Source of the DNA: Vicugna vicugna | Taxonomy: Eukaryota | NCBI GenBank assembly: GCA_013265495.1 | Contig: MU058065.1 | Location: 3,761,003-3,825,002, forward strand | Length of the DNA stretch: 64,000 bases | Reading direction: 5' to 3' | In this document: positions 13,875 through 27,800 of the stretch, one piece after another | Numbering within the stretch: the first letter of the stretch is position 1 | Layout of the letters: every line of letters starts with the position of its first letter | The notes under the pieces: model-generated | Told to the model about the DNA's origin: nothing | Database searches by the model: none | What the model saw: only the letters and a program-made list of their open reading frames with translations | Position numbers and translations under genes: made by a program

Positions 13875-14885
13875 ATAAAGCACAGCAACAAAAGAAAAAA
13901 TAGATTAATTGGATATAATCAAAATTTAAAAAAAACCTTTTGTACTTTATACCACCAAGAAAGTGAAGACAACCCACAAAAGAGGAGAAAAATTTTGTAA
14001 GTTATATATCTGATAAGGGACTTGTATTTAGAATGTATAAAGATATCCTATAGCTCAACTAGAGATAAATTTTTAAAATGGGCAAGTAGACATTTCTCCA
14101 AATGCGAAAATAGATATTTCTCCAAAAAAGATGTACCAATGGCTTCTTAGTGCATGAAAAAATACTCAACAGTATTAGCCATCAGGGAAATGCAAATCAA
14201 AACTGCACTGAGATACCACTTCCCAACCACTCAGACAGCTAGAATCAAAGAAACAGATAATAACAGGGTTTGGTGAAGATGTGCGAGATTAGAACCCTCC
14301 AAAATGTTAAATGGGGCAGCTGTTTTGGGAAACAGCTGGGTAGTTCTTCAAACGATTAAATATGAAATTTTATGTATGACCCAGCACTTCCAGTCCTAGT
14401 TATTTACCCAAGAGAAATGAAGCTCATGGCCACTCAACTTGTACGTGAATATTCATAGCGGCATTATTCATAATAGCCAAACAAGTGGAAACACACATCC
14501 CTATCAGTTGATGAATGAATGAACAAAATGTAGTTTATCCATACAATGGAATATTATTTGATGATAAAAGGAATGAATTACTGATATATGTAACAACATG
14601 GGTGAACTTTGAAACCATTATGTTAAGTGAAAGAAGCCAGTCACAGAAGACCACATATTGTACAATTCTATTTACATGAAATGTCCAGAATAGGCAGTAA
14701 AGTAGATTGGTGGTAGCCTAGAGCTGGGGTAGTTGGGAGGCAAGGGGCAGTGACTGTCCTGCTATCCTGCTATCCTGCTGGGATGGATTGTCTTCTTAGA
14801 ATGATGAAAATGATGTTCTAGAATTAGATACTGATTGTGGTTACACAACTCTGTGAAAATACTAAAAAAAACACTGAAATGTAAC
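13875..14885 (+). mobile_element. L1MB-type LINE-1 3' fragment
   Basis: agggaaatgcaaatcaaaac...gataccact, ccatacaatggaatatt, aagtgaaagaagccagtcacag, acaactctgtgaaaatactaaaa. Confidence 0.8.
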
Positions 14886-16439
14886 CACAGGGGAGCAAAG
14901 GTCCTAATCAGTGTCAGACATCACATGTGGGAATTCCCACTCCCACATCTTTCTTTAGTGATGTGATTTCTTTTATCTAATGCTGATCTTTCCAAATTAC
15001 TCTTTGAGCAGGTGGATTCCTACACCTTCCAGCACTAGAACAAAGGTCTTGTTCCATCTGTTCGTGCTTCTCTCTCATATTTTCAACTGCCACGTTTCCT
15101 ACAGCTTCAAGGATATTCAAGTCACTTTCAGCTTAAAGTGTAAAAAAAAAAAAGAGAGAGAAAGTCTCTTTCTTGATCCTGCAAGCTCCCTCTACCTGCT
15201 TTGTTATTTTATTCCTTCCCAGCACAGCAAAGTTTCTCGAAATGATAAACTACACTTTCAGTCTTCATTTTTGTCTCACTCACTTTTCATTTACTCTTTA
15301 ATATATATTTATAATGATATCAGAAATAGCTTTTCTTTGATAAATTTTGATATATACAGAAAAACACAAAGAAGAAAATGAAAATGTCCCAGAATCCCAT
15401 CATAATAGGAAGCCAGGTTTGCCATTTAAAAATATTTCCTTCTAGTCTTCTTGTGGTCATCTTCCAGGAGTCACTCACTTCAGGAAGTCGCTCTTTGCAG
15501 TCATTCCTTCTGTGATTTGGGTTGACCCAGCACACATCTTACCTGTACATATACCGAACCCATCAAGCCTCCTCTCTCCATATCCCTGCACCAGTTTGTA
15601 CACCCACTTAGAGGAGAAATAGCGTTTACTTTGTCTTTGTATCCCTGAAAATTAACACAATGCCATTTAACATGACACATGCTTAAACTTTTAAATGTCA
15701 AGGTGATGCCTGTATATAAAACAAATTTAAAACTTTGTTTATCAGGGTGTACCAGGGCAGGAAGTTTAAGTACTATCATCTTGAGGACCAGCTCTGATCC
15801 ATTTGGGATGGTTCTCCATGACAGTTGTGTTAAGAGTCACTAGTGCCAAAGTCTGAAAGTAATCACAGCCCCTAAGCCTGGGGGAGAGAGGGCTCAAATA
15901 GTATCAAAGTATATCTGAATCTTATTTTTAAAGACATGAAATTGTATTACTTTTGAATGGATGCTGTCACTGTAGGTAGGCAAGGTGTGGCTCAGCAAAA
16001 GACCTACTTCAATAACTAGATGAGCTATTTCCATGGAGTGTGTAAGCAGGATTGGTCTTTGCGTAGATGGTGACTGGACTGCGTAGAAGAAGGTACAAGC
16101 ATGTTTTCTCCAGTATTAAGAACTCCCTTGAGAATCTTATGTTTACTATCACTGCACAGATTTTTCTTTTGTACATAGTAGGAAGGTCAGTGCTAGCCCA
16201 GTTCCTTCTTGAATTACAGCAAATTCTAAATGAGTAAAGTTAGAATTAATGAGGCCCATTGTATGTCATTTATTTACAGAATTTTGTGTCCTTCTGATTT
16301 GTTGAACAGCTGTAGCTATGCCCAGTGTTTGTTTTCTTTGTGAATGCCTGTGTTGGCGTTGCCTGTTTTGGAATAAAATCTATGAGAGGTCATAAACACT
16401 GTCATTTTAACTCCATCAATTGTCACTGGAGGCAATTAA

Positions 16440-16660
16440 GATAGATGGTTATACACTGGGATCTGGAGTAAAGCTACTGGATGTAAAATTCTGTTTTACC
16501 AAATACCACTTTGGGTGAGCTTTTAAATCTCTCTAAATCACGTTTTCATTTGCAAAAAAGAGCTAATAAGGATTGATTAAGTGAGATTAGAAATATAAGG
16601 TTTTATTTCTTTAAAAAAAATCACAGTGCCTGGCATTTAGGAAATGTGAGCCGTATTTGT
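16440..16660 (+). mobile_element. MIR SINE (degenerate)
   Basis: MIR-like core and tail (cacagtgcctggcatttagg). Confidence 0.5.
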
Positions 16661-16748
16661 GGTAGTACTATTGGATCAACTCATTTATACTAATGTGCAT
16701 ATAAGTATTTGATAAGCATTCTATGGTTATTGTGAAATAGTAGTAAAT

Positions 16749-16960
16749 CAGTGATTCACACCCAAGGTTGATTTTGCCTGCCGGGGGGCATTTGGCAATG
16801 TGAAGAAATTTTAGTTGTCATAACTGGGGAGGTGCCAGTGGCATCTTATTAGATAGAATCTGGGGTTGTTGCTAAACATCCTACCATGTACAGGATGGCC
16901 CCCAGTAAAAAGGAATTATCCTGCTCAAAATGTCGATAGTACCAAGGTTGAAAAGATCTG
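16749..16960. mobile_element. MER20 hAT-Charlie DNA transposon
   Basis: cagtgattc...ggggcatttggcaatgt...ttgctaaacatcctac...aattatcctgctcaaaatgtcgatagtaccaaggttgaaa matches recalled MER20 consensus (~215 bp). Confidence 0.85.
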
Positions 16961-19589
16961 TAGCAAAGGTGCAAGACGGTTTGTGGGAGGGATTACAGGG
17001 ACCCTGACATATACAAATGTATCTTAAACTACGGCATTTTGCTTTTATTAATTAATATTAAAGGTTAACAATATTACTTCCTACATATAGCTATTTCTTG
17101 CTAAGTAGGTGCTATTTGAGATACTGCTTCAGTGACCCAGAAAGATTTTGTTCAGTCTCTTTATGGACATGAAATATGCTTTTTAACCATTCTGGTAGAA
17201 TTATACACATGGAACATTTTTAAATTAATTTACCGGGCATAGGCAATCTGACTTTGCACTACTCATTTGTTGCGAATTTCTGATAATTGCCAAATTGCCC
17301 ACTTCCAGTGGAACCAAAGAAAAGAGATGTTATTTGTTTGTATGTGAATTTTTTCCCTTTACTGGGGCCAAGTCACAGAAAAAAAACAGAATTATGTTTC
17401 TTAAAGTGTGATTCAAAGACTCCCTGCTCAGAATCACCACACATTTTCGTGCCAGGAGAATTCGTGTGTTCTGTGTGAGGTGGACTGAGTCAGCATCCTG
17501 GAGGGGGGTAAGACCAGGGAATCCGTGCTTTCCAAAAGATTCCAAGCGATTCAAAGCATTCTCATGTTTAAGAAACACTGGAGTGCAATTTGTGAGTGAT
17601 GTCAGCGGACAGCAGGCAGAGCTGAGGCTCTTGTGGTCTATTTTTTGCATCAGATAGTCTGTGAACCTGGATTAGGTCGTATAGATCCCTAGAGCTCTTT
17701 GGCTTGGCATTTTCTTTTATTTTTGCCCTGAAAAGGCAAGATGTTCTGCACCTGAAGATACTAGTTCCACTTTCAACAAAGGAACCTGCTGTCTGAGCCC
17801 TTGGTAAAGCTTTTAGAATGGAACAGCTGTGGACAAAGGCAAGCTGATTCTATATTTAGAATGTTCTGTGGGGCTGAGCCTATGACAAATTCATTCTTGT
17901 TCCTCATAGAATTGCCTAGGTTTGTAAAGCAGAGAACCATTTACTATATTCCAGCCCTTCAAGGGAGGTAAAATGTAGGGTTATTTATGTGTCCCTTAGG
18001 AAAGATGATATATCCAAAAGCACATTTTTCTTCCTTTTTCATACATCAGTTCTTAAGTTAAAATAACATCACATTTTTGCTTCTTATTTTATGAGTTGGT
18101 ACACCTTTCCAAGTGCCAGTGTAAAGTCTACTGGTGCTAACAGCTAATAGGAATTGCATGTTTTGAGAGAAGGGTGGGAGGGGAGAGCAAATTAATTCAA
18201 CACTAATTTGCATCCTTCTGCCAAGTTTGAATTGGGACCAATTTGTAAACTGAATTATCTCTCTATAGCCTTCATAGAGTTTATAATAACACTGAAAGTT
18301 TCTTAACTCATGGCAGTGCCTTTTTAATAAAGACACATTTACAGCTGCAGTCTTGTAACATATTGCTAATAATTGGGCTAATAAGATTTCAGAGTTAATT
18401 AAAAGGAGGGGAAAACACATAAAATCTGATGAAGTTCAAACTGGTTGGTGTGTAACAGGCTGACCGAGCAAAACTGCAGAGACGCAAAAGAGAGAAGAGG
18501 ATAAAACTTGTTCGTCCGTGATTTACCAAAGATGCTCTTTTTTGGCTTTGGACAAAATGTTACCACTTTTGTGTTTCTCTTAAAACAATTAATAACCATA
18601 ACAAGGATTATTTTGTGACCACTATCTCACTTCTTTTTACAGCATTCCCTAAGATAGCTGAAAAGGTGATGCATAGATAACTTGTCATCTTTTAAAGTTG
18701 ATGGCCCACGGAGTCTGGGGCTTGTCCAAAGTTACATCATAGGCCAAAGGGAACGTGAATGCTTTAGCTTGGCTCTCATGGTCCAGCTGCAGTGCTCACA
18801 GCACCTCTTAACTCCAGAACCAACAAGGTGAACATTAACATGATTCTGGCTGATTTTTAAAAGGCCTTTCCAGCCTCTCCATGACAAATTTGCCTTCTTG
18901 CATTCTGTGTGTCCTTTTCCAGAGAACAATTCTTCCTGCAGCTGTGCATAGCAATAACCCTGGTTTCCCTGATGTGCTAAGGTGCAGGTGATCCACAACT
19001 TTCAATGTACGCTGATTTCAAAACGGCGCCTGGAAGTAAAGCCTACAGAAGGGACGGATCCCAACCATAGTGCTATCTGTCCATCTCTGGATGGTAAAAT
19101 TCTAGTGCCTCTGCCCGGTTTTTGAGCTGATTTGAATGGCTGCTGGTCTTCAAATCCTTAAGAATATTATCTTCTGGCCCAGTATAACCCAGTATGTGAT
19201 CTGGAATTCTGAAGTGGCTTTTTCTTTTGTGAAGTTTCTAGACAGTTCTTTTGAGCACTACTCCCCGACTACCCTCCCATAAATGACACTGGTCTCTCTT
19301 CCGATAATTTCTCATTTGGGTATCCTTCTTTATAACCGGCATTATCAAAAGAAGCACACACATGACATCCCCGTATGAGCTTAGAATTTAGATCACCTAC
19401 ACTTTGAAATTCTATCTTCATTCCCTCCCTCTCCATCCTTGTTTTGTGGCTGTGAAATTGTTGGTGGATCAGCAATAGGCATTTGCATGATAATCTGTAT
19501 GTCCCTCTTACTTATTGTGTACATATTCTATTTTGTAGCATCATATTTTGATTTGGACAGCTTAGGCTGCCATTCTAGGGACATATTAA

Positions 19590-20070
19590 TCATGGCAGAG
19601 ATAACTTAGTTGTCTCTCAATGTCTGTTCTTCTCTTCTGTAGAAATATGTGATGCAACCTGTAACTTTTAGCTTGACTTAGGGCTATTTGGAATAAAGCT
19701 TCCCCTATAGCTAAGGATTGCCATGGACTAAATTCTGGTCAATGTGGTGTAAGTTGAAGCAGGATGTTTAACTTTTGGGAAATGTTGTTAAAGGGAAGCA
19801 ACATTTCTTTTTCCTCTCATTTTCTTCCTGTCCGCTGGAATGTGAATGTAATGGCTGGGGCTTGAGCAGCCATCTTAGAGGTAATCTAGGGAATCAAACC
19901 ATGAACTGAGGAGCAAAAAGAAAGAAGAAACCTGGGTTCCTGGCACTGTTGCATGCCATACCAGCTTAAGGCAACCCAATGTCAACTTTTTTGAGAGAAA
20001 GAAATACATATTGTTTTGTTTATTTTGGCTTTTCTGTTATTGCCTATCAAGCTGCATACTAAGTAATTCA
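19590..20070. mobile_element. MLT1J/K-like MaLR solo LTR
   Basis: aaattctggtcaatg, ctggaatgtgaatgtaatggctgggg...gcagccatctt motifs. Confidence 0.6.
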
Positions 20071-20585
20071 TTTGTATTCCCCGATTCTCAAAAATTCCTT
20101 TACAAACATGCTCTTTAATGTTTGGAATTCTTTCAAAAAGGTCTAAAGCCCATCATCTCAGTTTGTTAAAAGAATTAATAAACATGAGATCCTGAGGCAT
20201 TGACTTAAATACTCCCTAAAGAGTGAATGACTAACACCAGATCTATTTCAGAGACTGTGGTTAATACATGGCTTCTCATATCAAAACCTTCTTTCTTAAG
20301 CCTGAAGCTAGGAGGAAAATGGATCAGAAATTTGTCTTATTGTAGGTAGCTCTGTTTTACAGGGCACTAGATTGACCCCTTTATATGAAGGGGAGGGAAG
20401 ACAAGACAAGAGCAAAAGTGTTGAAATCTTTTTCAGGTTTGGTCAAACCACTTAAGAGTTCTACCCTTTGACCAATAGATTTCATATAGCTATTGAGTAT
20501 TGCTATTGTGTATCTCTCTTATTTAAGAGTCCATGCAATTAGACAGGGAACCCATTTTCAAATAAGCAAAAATCTAGTCAGACAA

Positions 20586-21030
20586 TGTCTTAGTTTAGGT
20601 TCTCCAAAAACAGGCCCTGAGATAAAAATTTAGATACTAGTAGTTTATTTGTGAGATGATCCCAGGAAGCATGAGGAAGAAGGTAAGGGAGGTAACCAAA
20701 CAGGTCAATATTCTGGGCAATAGGGCACCATTGTGTTAAAGATTGGAGGAGCTGTTTGGAGCATGCCTCAGGATCTTCCCACAAAGGGTGGGGAAGCTGG
20801 GGTATTGATCCATCAACTCTTATCCTTCACTGATTGAGGATTGCTCCTGAGGGTGTTAACTCATTGGCATTTCTGGCTCATCCTGTCCATGGGGTGAGAT
20901 CCCTGTTGGGGACATGCAGAGATACAGGTGTGGGGGATAAGAAACCATCAGCATGAATGGAAACCATGCATCAAGCTGATCTCCAGGGTCACACAACGGG
21001 CCATGACAAAGGCATCAACAACATCTGAAG
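20586..21030 (-). mobile_element. LTR33/LTR16-type ERVL solo LTR
   Basis: tgtcttagtttaggttctcc...ccctgagata...gtagtttatttgtgagatgatcccaggaagca is the typical reverse-strand terminus of this group. Confidence 0.6.
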
Positions 21031-22589
21031 CAGTCCATTCCTTGCACTGCTTGGGTAACATATTTAGTCCTATTATGAAGAGACAGCTGCTGCTATAAGG
21101 TTGCATAATAAATGCACAATAGTTTAACCTTAGGATCTCTAAGGAAGGTCAGAAAGCTGTGGGCCATAGTGTGTAAGGAAAGGATTTATGTATGATGTAA
21201 AAATCACTTTAGCCTTGAAGGCTGGCCAAGATTTAAATAAGAGGAGAGAAGAAGGGGGATATGGATACAAGGAGTGAAGTGTATCACGGGCAGGGGCTTG
21301 TATATAAAAATGTGAAAGTTACAGTCTGGGAGATGGTGGCTGAAATTAAAGGTCTAGAGCGGGAGGTAAAGTTGGAAAAGTATTAAGGGATATTTTTTTC
21401 AGGGACCTTATTGTTCAGACTAAGTGTTCTGGCTTGAGTTCCTGCCAAGACATTCTTTTCTATTTAATGGGACTAAATTTATATATAATTAAAATTTCTA
21501 GTTCTAGTTTAATGGAAAATATTATATGCTCTTACAGGGGTAATTTTAAACAACTGTTCTCTACCTTTTAAATTCTATCATTATAGACATTAAAAAAATG
21601 ATGTTAGCATGCAGCACATACTTCATAGATGGGATATGTTTAATTTCCTATATGTTAACTCTACCTTTTTATCTCCAGTTCGGAGATGACTTTCAGAATG
21701 CAAGTGTACAACAATAAGAGCATTAGTGTGATTGAAGACAATATGATTCATTAACAAGAAAATAATTTGCAAATGTTGACCCTCTAATCCTTATGCTTTC
21801 ATAAATTATTTGTGATACACTTCAAAACTGGTCGCAACATAGCAGTGTCTCCAACACGATGGCTGACAACTATTGCTTTAAAGTCAAGGTTACAAATGGG
21901 TGAGCTGCAAGCAGAAGCCACAGGTAGATTTTTTTGTGATTGTCCCACAGTGTTGGCCTCAAAGGGATGTGGGCAGGAGCTGCCTTTGGCACTAAGGCAA
22001 TGACAGTAAACTCACTCCATAAAACCAGGCATCAAAGCCAAGGGAGTTTTGTTGACTGTGTTGCAAATATCCTTGCACCCCAACATTCCTACCTGGAGCC
22101 TAGCTGGAGCTGAGGAACACAGCTGCCCCCTCCTCCTAACTAGGGTCTCTTCTCTATAGGTTATCCCTCTAGGACCCCTTTACTCTCTTACTTTATTCGA
22201 ATGGTCTGAAGGCAATTGAGAATAAAATGCCACCTTTGGAGCATAAAAGGAACATCTGGTTTCTGGAGGCTCCCAAAGCCATTTGGTGCTCAGCCTTGAA
22301 GTCTGAGAGCCTGTATTCTTTCTTCATTCTTAGGCAACTGCAAGATCCTAGTCAGGGCCTCTCTAACTGCAACAGCCTTTCTACCTTAGTGAAGACTATT
22401 TTCTATCTCCACACTCCTTCCATCAAATTTGCTTTTTTGTCTCTTATATTTATAGTTGGAATTAACTACAAGAGTCTAAAAGTATCTTCAAGGTCCCAGC
22501 AACTTGTGAATCCCAGCTGAGGTCACCTTAAAGGTTTGTTAAGATAAGATCAATTTTATTGATTGATTGAACAGCTAGATCAATAGCCT

Positions 22590-23850
22590 CCAGTCATCCA
22601 GCAAACAACAGCTGTTTGTTGAGAAGCTGCTGGTGACCAGGCATGGTTTCAGGTGCTGAAGATAGAGCAGTGGACTCCAAGAATTCTCTGCCCCCAGTAA
22701 GCTTCTCTTCTAGTTGAAGAAGTACCGTCATAGACAAATAAATATTTAATGTGTCAAATGGTGAAGGTACTAGGAAGAAGACAAAGCAAGGTGAGGGCTG
22801 GACGGGAAGCATGTTATTTCACAGAGAATGAGGGAAGGCCTTTCTGATTGGGTGATAGACCAGAGCCTTGAAGGATCACAGGAGAAAGATATGCAGAGAT
22901 TTGAAAGAAGAGTACTTCAAGTATGAGAACATTAAATTCAGCAATTCAGTGTCTCAGAATTAGGAGTGTGCTTGGTGTTTTGTTTTGTTTTTTGTTTTTT
23001 GTTTTTTGTTTTTTTGAGTTGACAAGGAAGCCAGTGTGTGTAGAGCTCAGTGAAAAGTTTTTAAGAAATTAGATTGGGAAAATGGCTAGGAGTCAGATCA
23101 TGCAGTGGTTGTAGGTAAGAACAAGGATTTTGGTGTGTGTTCTGAATGATGTGTTTTTAGCAGAGAAGTAACATGATTTGTGTTGTTACTCAAAAGGATT
23201 ACTCACACTGCTATGGGGGAAACAGTCTATAGGAGGGCAACAGTGGACACAAGGAGATGAACTAGAAAGCTGTTGCAGTGTGGTGGCTTGGTTTAGGATG
23301 ATAGCAGTGGAAGTGGTGAGAAGTGGGCAGATTCAAGGTAGAGGAAGAGCTGACAGGTTTGCTGCTGTGAGGTGTGACATAAAGAGAAGCATCAAGGACG
23401 ACGTCAAGTTTGTGACTGAATATCTGCATGCGCAGACTTTGCGATGAAGAATACTGCAAAGAAGAGAAGTTTTGGGGGGTGGGGGGTAGTGGAAATCAGG
23501 TTTGGTTTTAGATATACTAACTTTGAGAAAGCTCATTCAACTTCCAAGTAGAGACAGGCATTTTGAGATACAAATCTGGTGTTCAGGGGAGAATTGGCGA
23601 TGAAGAATTAAATTGCGGAGCCATCAGCATATTTCAGGCCTATGGGACTGAATGAGATTACTTTTGAAGTGGGCGTACACGAGAAGAGGTCCAAATATCG
23701 TGCCCTGAAGTGAGGACTGAGAATAGATGTTTGGTTTGATCCATTTCTGGCTTAGACAAGACCAGTTTCAGTGGATGAGGAAAGTCTGATAGGAGAGGAG
23801 AATTGAGAATAGGAGGCGAGGGCATGGAAGCTGTGAATATGGACCATTCT
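22590..23850 (-). mobile_element. L2 LINE fragment (~1.2 kb)
   Basis: Purine-rich antisense L2 signatures (gggaaggcctttctga, gatagcagtggaagtggtgagaagtgg, gacaagaccagtttcagtgg). Confidence 0.75.
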
Positions 23851-24295
23851 ATAGGAGGGAACAAAAAAAAATGGGAGAAGGAGAGATGACCATAGGCTCA
23901 CTGATAAAACTTCAGGCTTTCTTCCTTATATTATCTTGCAGACCCTAAGGTGTGGCTGGGGGAAGAAGGGCATGTTCCATGGGTAAGTCACACATCTGCT
24001 TCCCTCCATCTTTTCCTTTTTCCTGCTGGCTCCCAGCCTTGCCCTTCTGAATCCAGGTGCTTGTCACTGAACTCTCTTCATTGCTTTGCTGCTGCCTCTG
24101 CCAGCCCACGTATGTCACTCACATGCTAGCACTGACCCACCTTGACCAGGAACGTCCCTCAAGCTTCTGTTTCTGTCTTTGTCTCTCCATCATTGCTGCC
24201 TACAGTATCTCGTCATCAGCTTGTCCTCACATTGCATGTGCCTTTATGCTTTTAGGTCCATTGCATGAATCTGTCCCATATTTCATGTCTTGCTC

Positions 24296-24300
<5 letters not shown>

Positions 24301-24355
<55 letters not shown>

Positions 24356-24362
24356 TGTGTGT
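24301..24362. repeat. Compound microsatellite (CT)19(GT)12
   Basis: Directly visible. Confidence 0.95.
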
Positions 24363-24771
24363 TGGGGAAGGGACAATAGAGGGTAAATTAGAAAATGTGA
24401 CTTGGTACAGATGGGAGTGTTGTCTACTCCTTGGCACTTGGCTGGCATATTAACTCTTGTCTCCATCAGAGCCAGGCTGCCTTTTAAAGCTGAAACTTAA
24501 TTGTTAGCCTTTGTAAGTTTAGCAAGTCAAATCAATTTTAAAATGTCAGTTAAAATGTTTGTGTGTTGAGGCAAACAATTTTTGTCTCTTGTTTGATTCA
24601 TCAGGGACTGGGAGTCCTTTTCATATGGTGGTGTCCATCTTTAATTTCTGAAAATTAGAAAACATACATATATAGGAAATGACCTTGGGTTAGATCACTT
24701 AGCTTGCTCACCTGGGTAATTCCTTCCCAGTTTATAACCGTGTCTGTCCTTGGAAATCGAGTTCTCTAAGC

Positions 24772-24875
24772 AAGAATGTCCGAAGAGATACTGCTATTTA
24801 AGTCCAATGTGTAGTCTTTTCCTAAGAATGTCAGAAGAGATATTGCTACTTAATTCCAATGTCTAGTCTTTTTCT
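24772..24875. repeat. 52-bp tandem duplication (2 copies, 6 mismatches)
   Basis: AAGAATGTCCGAAGAGATACTGC...AGTCTTTTCCT followed by AAGAATGTCAGAAGAGATATTGC...AGTCTTTTTCT. Confidence 0.9.
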
Positions 24876-27800
24876 CTCTTCCCATTTCTTTCCTCTCCAG
24901 TGGAGACCATTCATAGGTGGTAGTCCCCAGGCTAAGGTGGGGAACAGAGAATATTGCCCATTGCTCATGCTGATCAGATCCACAGGAGTAATTTATCCTT
25001 GAAAATGATTGGGTCTTCACCAAATATAGATCAAGTGAGCACTTTTCTAAAGATAGCATTTTTGACTCTCTTGGGAGCACTTGAAAACTCTTCAAAGTGG
25101 ATCTTGTTAAGCTCACTGAACTTTAGATTTGAAGATGAGGAAAGTTATACCTGTTACCTCTGTACTGTAATTTATAATCCATTTCTTAGGTCTCCTTGAT
25201 CTGAAGTTTATCTTTTTTTTTTTGATTTATAGGAGAAATTTATTTGAAGAAATATTACAACATCTAAAAACTACATAAAGTTTAATTACCACTCATATAG
25301 TGGTAAATTTGATAAAATACATAATAAAAAATTTTAAATCCATAGAAGCTCGTCTTTTTTTATTATTAGTTATCATTTTACCACACTGATAGGAGTACTC
25401 TGAGGAATTAAGAGATCTGCATCTTGTTATCAATTAAAATTTATAGAGTCATTAATAATTTTTGTAAATGACAATTATGTTCATTTTGATTATGCCCTTT
25501 GGGAAAGGAGCATACAAGGAATCAGATTACCCAAGTTCTTCTAGGATTGTAGATTAAATTGTAAACTCAACTAATCTTTGCAAGTTATATTGGCACTTTT
25601 TGGGCCCACAACCTGGGAGAGCAGTAGTTTAGCCTACTCATAAAAAAACAAAGAAACAAACAAGAAAATCCCTACAATAAAAGTAAAAATGGACATTAAA
25701 AATGGACATTGCCACAGCTGTGAGCAATGATCACAGGGTGCTGTACAAATCTTATCATTGTCCACGTGCACCATGATGAGAGAAACATCAGAAAGGTTTG
25801 TGCAGTGAATCCACTCTCAAGTGGGCAGAAATAAAAAATATTTTGTTTTGTAGAAGCAAATCAAGCTGTAATTTCTTGTTCTTTAGAAACGTCCACTCAA
25901 CCTTTCTTTCCCTTTAGGTGAACCACTTTCCCTTCTCTACTTACCTTTAAATGTTCTGTAATTATCACCCTTCATGTTATTAGACAGCTGTGCAATATTC
26001 ACGTTTCTAACAGGAAATGCAAATATTTCTAATATGAAATGTGCAAACGAAGCTTTAACACTTTCACCCCCCTGCCACGGGGTGTACTCCACTAGCTTAA
26101 ATTTAAAAATTGGCATGGCCAAGGGAAAAATACACACCAGTAGACATCTATCAAGACAAGTGAGCCAGCCTAGAAGATACCCCGGTCCCCGCACAGAGAG
26201 CAAGTGCAGGCGTGAGCACCTTGGATGGGATGGGGAGTCAGGAGGGAGCTATTGCCGCAGCTCCTCCCTCAGTCATGTTAAGAGGACTTAGAGAATATTG
26301 TCTTAAACCCGGTAGAAAACAGTCACTCATACAGCTCAGGGGAAAAGCAAACGAACACCCCTGTTACATAGGATGCTTCCAAGGTTTTTAAAAAGCAAAG
26401 CAAATTAATAAATGGATGGTAGCCAAGTAGGAAAGTGCTGCTCAACCCAGATTTGAAGAAACCTGAACCAGTCAAGCCGGTTTCTCATTATAATGTGTGT
26501 TGTAATTAGACGAGTGATTTATCAGAACATTACAAAATCAGAGTTTCAGTTCAGAGGCTTAGAAGAAGGAATATTTTTCTGGTGTTTGGATGACTGGCTT
26601 CATTATCCTTGCTGAATTTCCTTTAAGTTTTAAGTCCAGATTGAAAAAAAAATTAGTGTTCTCATTGTCTCCTTTCCAGGTAAGTGATTAGTAAGAGAAA
26701 CACTGTATTTGGCTTTGATACAAATCAAACCCATTGGAAACCAAGGTCATGTGGCTTAATGTATTTCTCTGGCATTTGCTTCGTTCTGGGCCTCTGTGAT
26801 CTGTGGGTAGGCAGAGAATTCAGATTCACTCTACACTTCATTTTTAGCAACTATTTTTATTGACTTCTCATGACAATTTTTTTTAATGTAAATGTGAATG
26901 TATTTTTCTGTTTAGAATCGTGAGAGTATGTGAATATTTTATGAGAAATGCCACCTTGAAGACAGAAAAGAAGATGGAAAACCATAATAAAGTTTAATAA
27001 TTGATACAGAAATAGTGTTTAATCTCAGGCTTGAAACTTTTTCCAGCTTATATTATGTCTGTGATATGAAGTATTACTTTGTATAATTCTTCCGGGCATT
27101 TCCAGGTATTTTATAGAGATTGGTGGATTGATTAACCAGGCCTCTTGGCATATTTGAGATGTAGGCAGCATACAGTCAGTGTAAGAAAGGGCGGGAAAAC
27201 ACTAAACCACAGGTCTGGGACTACCAAACCTCACTAATATGACAAAAAACCCAGAACCCCCAAAATAAAGACTTCTTATTTCTGCATCATTGAGCATAGT
27301 CCTACTTTCAAATTCAAAAATAAGATCTTATTAACAAACCAAAGTGGAAGCTAGGAGCTCATGTGTCCAAAATTAATTCCAACTGAATCTTACTGTAGCA
27401 AGGTTATAATACAGAGTGCCCAAACATAGTTTTAGATACAAATTTTATTCTATGACAAGACATTATTTTAAATTAATCTCAGTGAGACTATATAATAATA
27501 TCAAAATGTAAAACACAACTGGGAAGTGATATGATTAAATGATAAGAATTAAATAATACACATTTACCCAATTATAATAGGAAAGCAAATACCAGCTTGC
27601 TCTAGGATCCACTTGAAGCCCATTCACTAGAGTCTTCTTGTAAAGAGATTAGCCCAAGCCATTTTCTTTTTGTTTTTTAACATTTTTTATTGAGTAATAG
27701 TTATTTTACAATGTTATGTCAAATTCTAGCGTACAGCACAATTTTTCAGTCATGCATGAACATGTATATATTCATTGTCACATTTTTTTCACTATGATCT

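Noticed and set aside
24057..24466. ORFs with SLSL/ERER/HTHT runs
   Set aside because: Microsatellite translation.
8180..26030. Scattered octamer ATGCAAAT motifs
   Set aside because: A few occurrences are expected by chance in 64 kb of AT-rich DNA.
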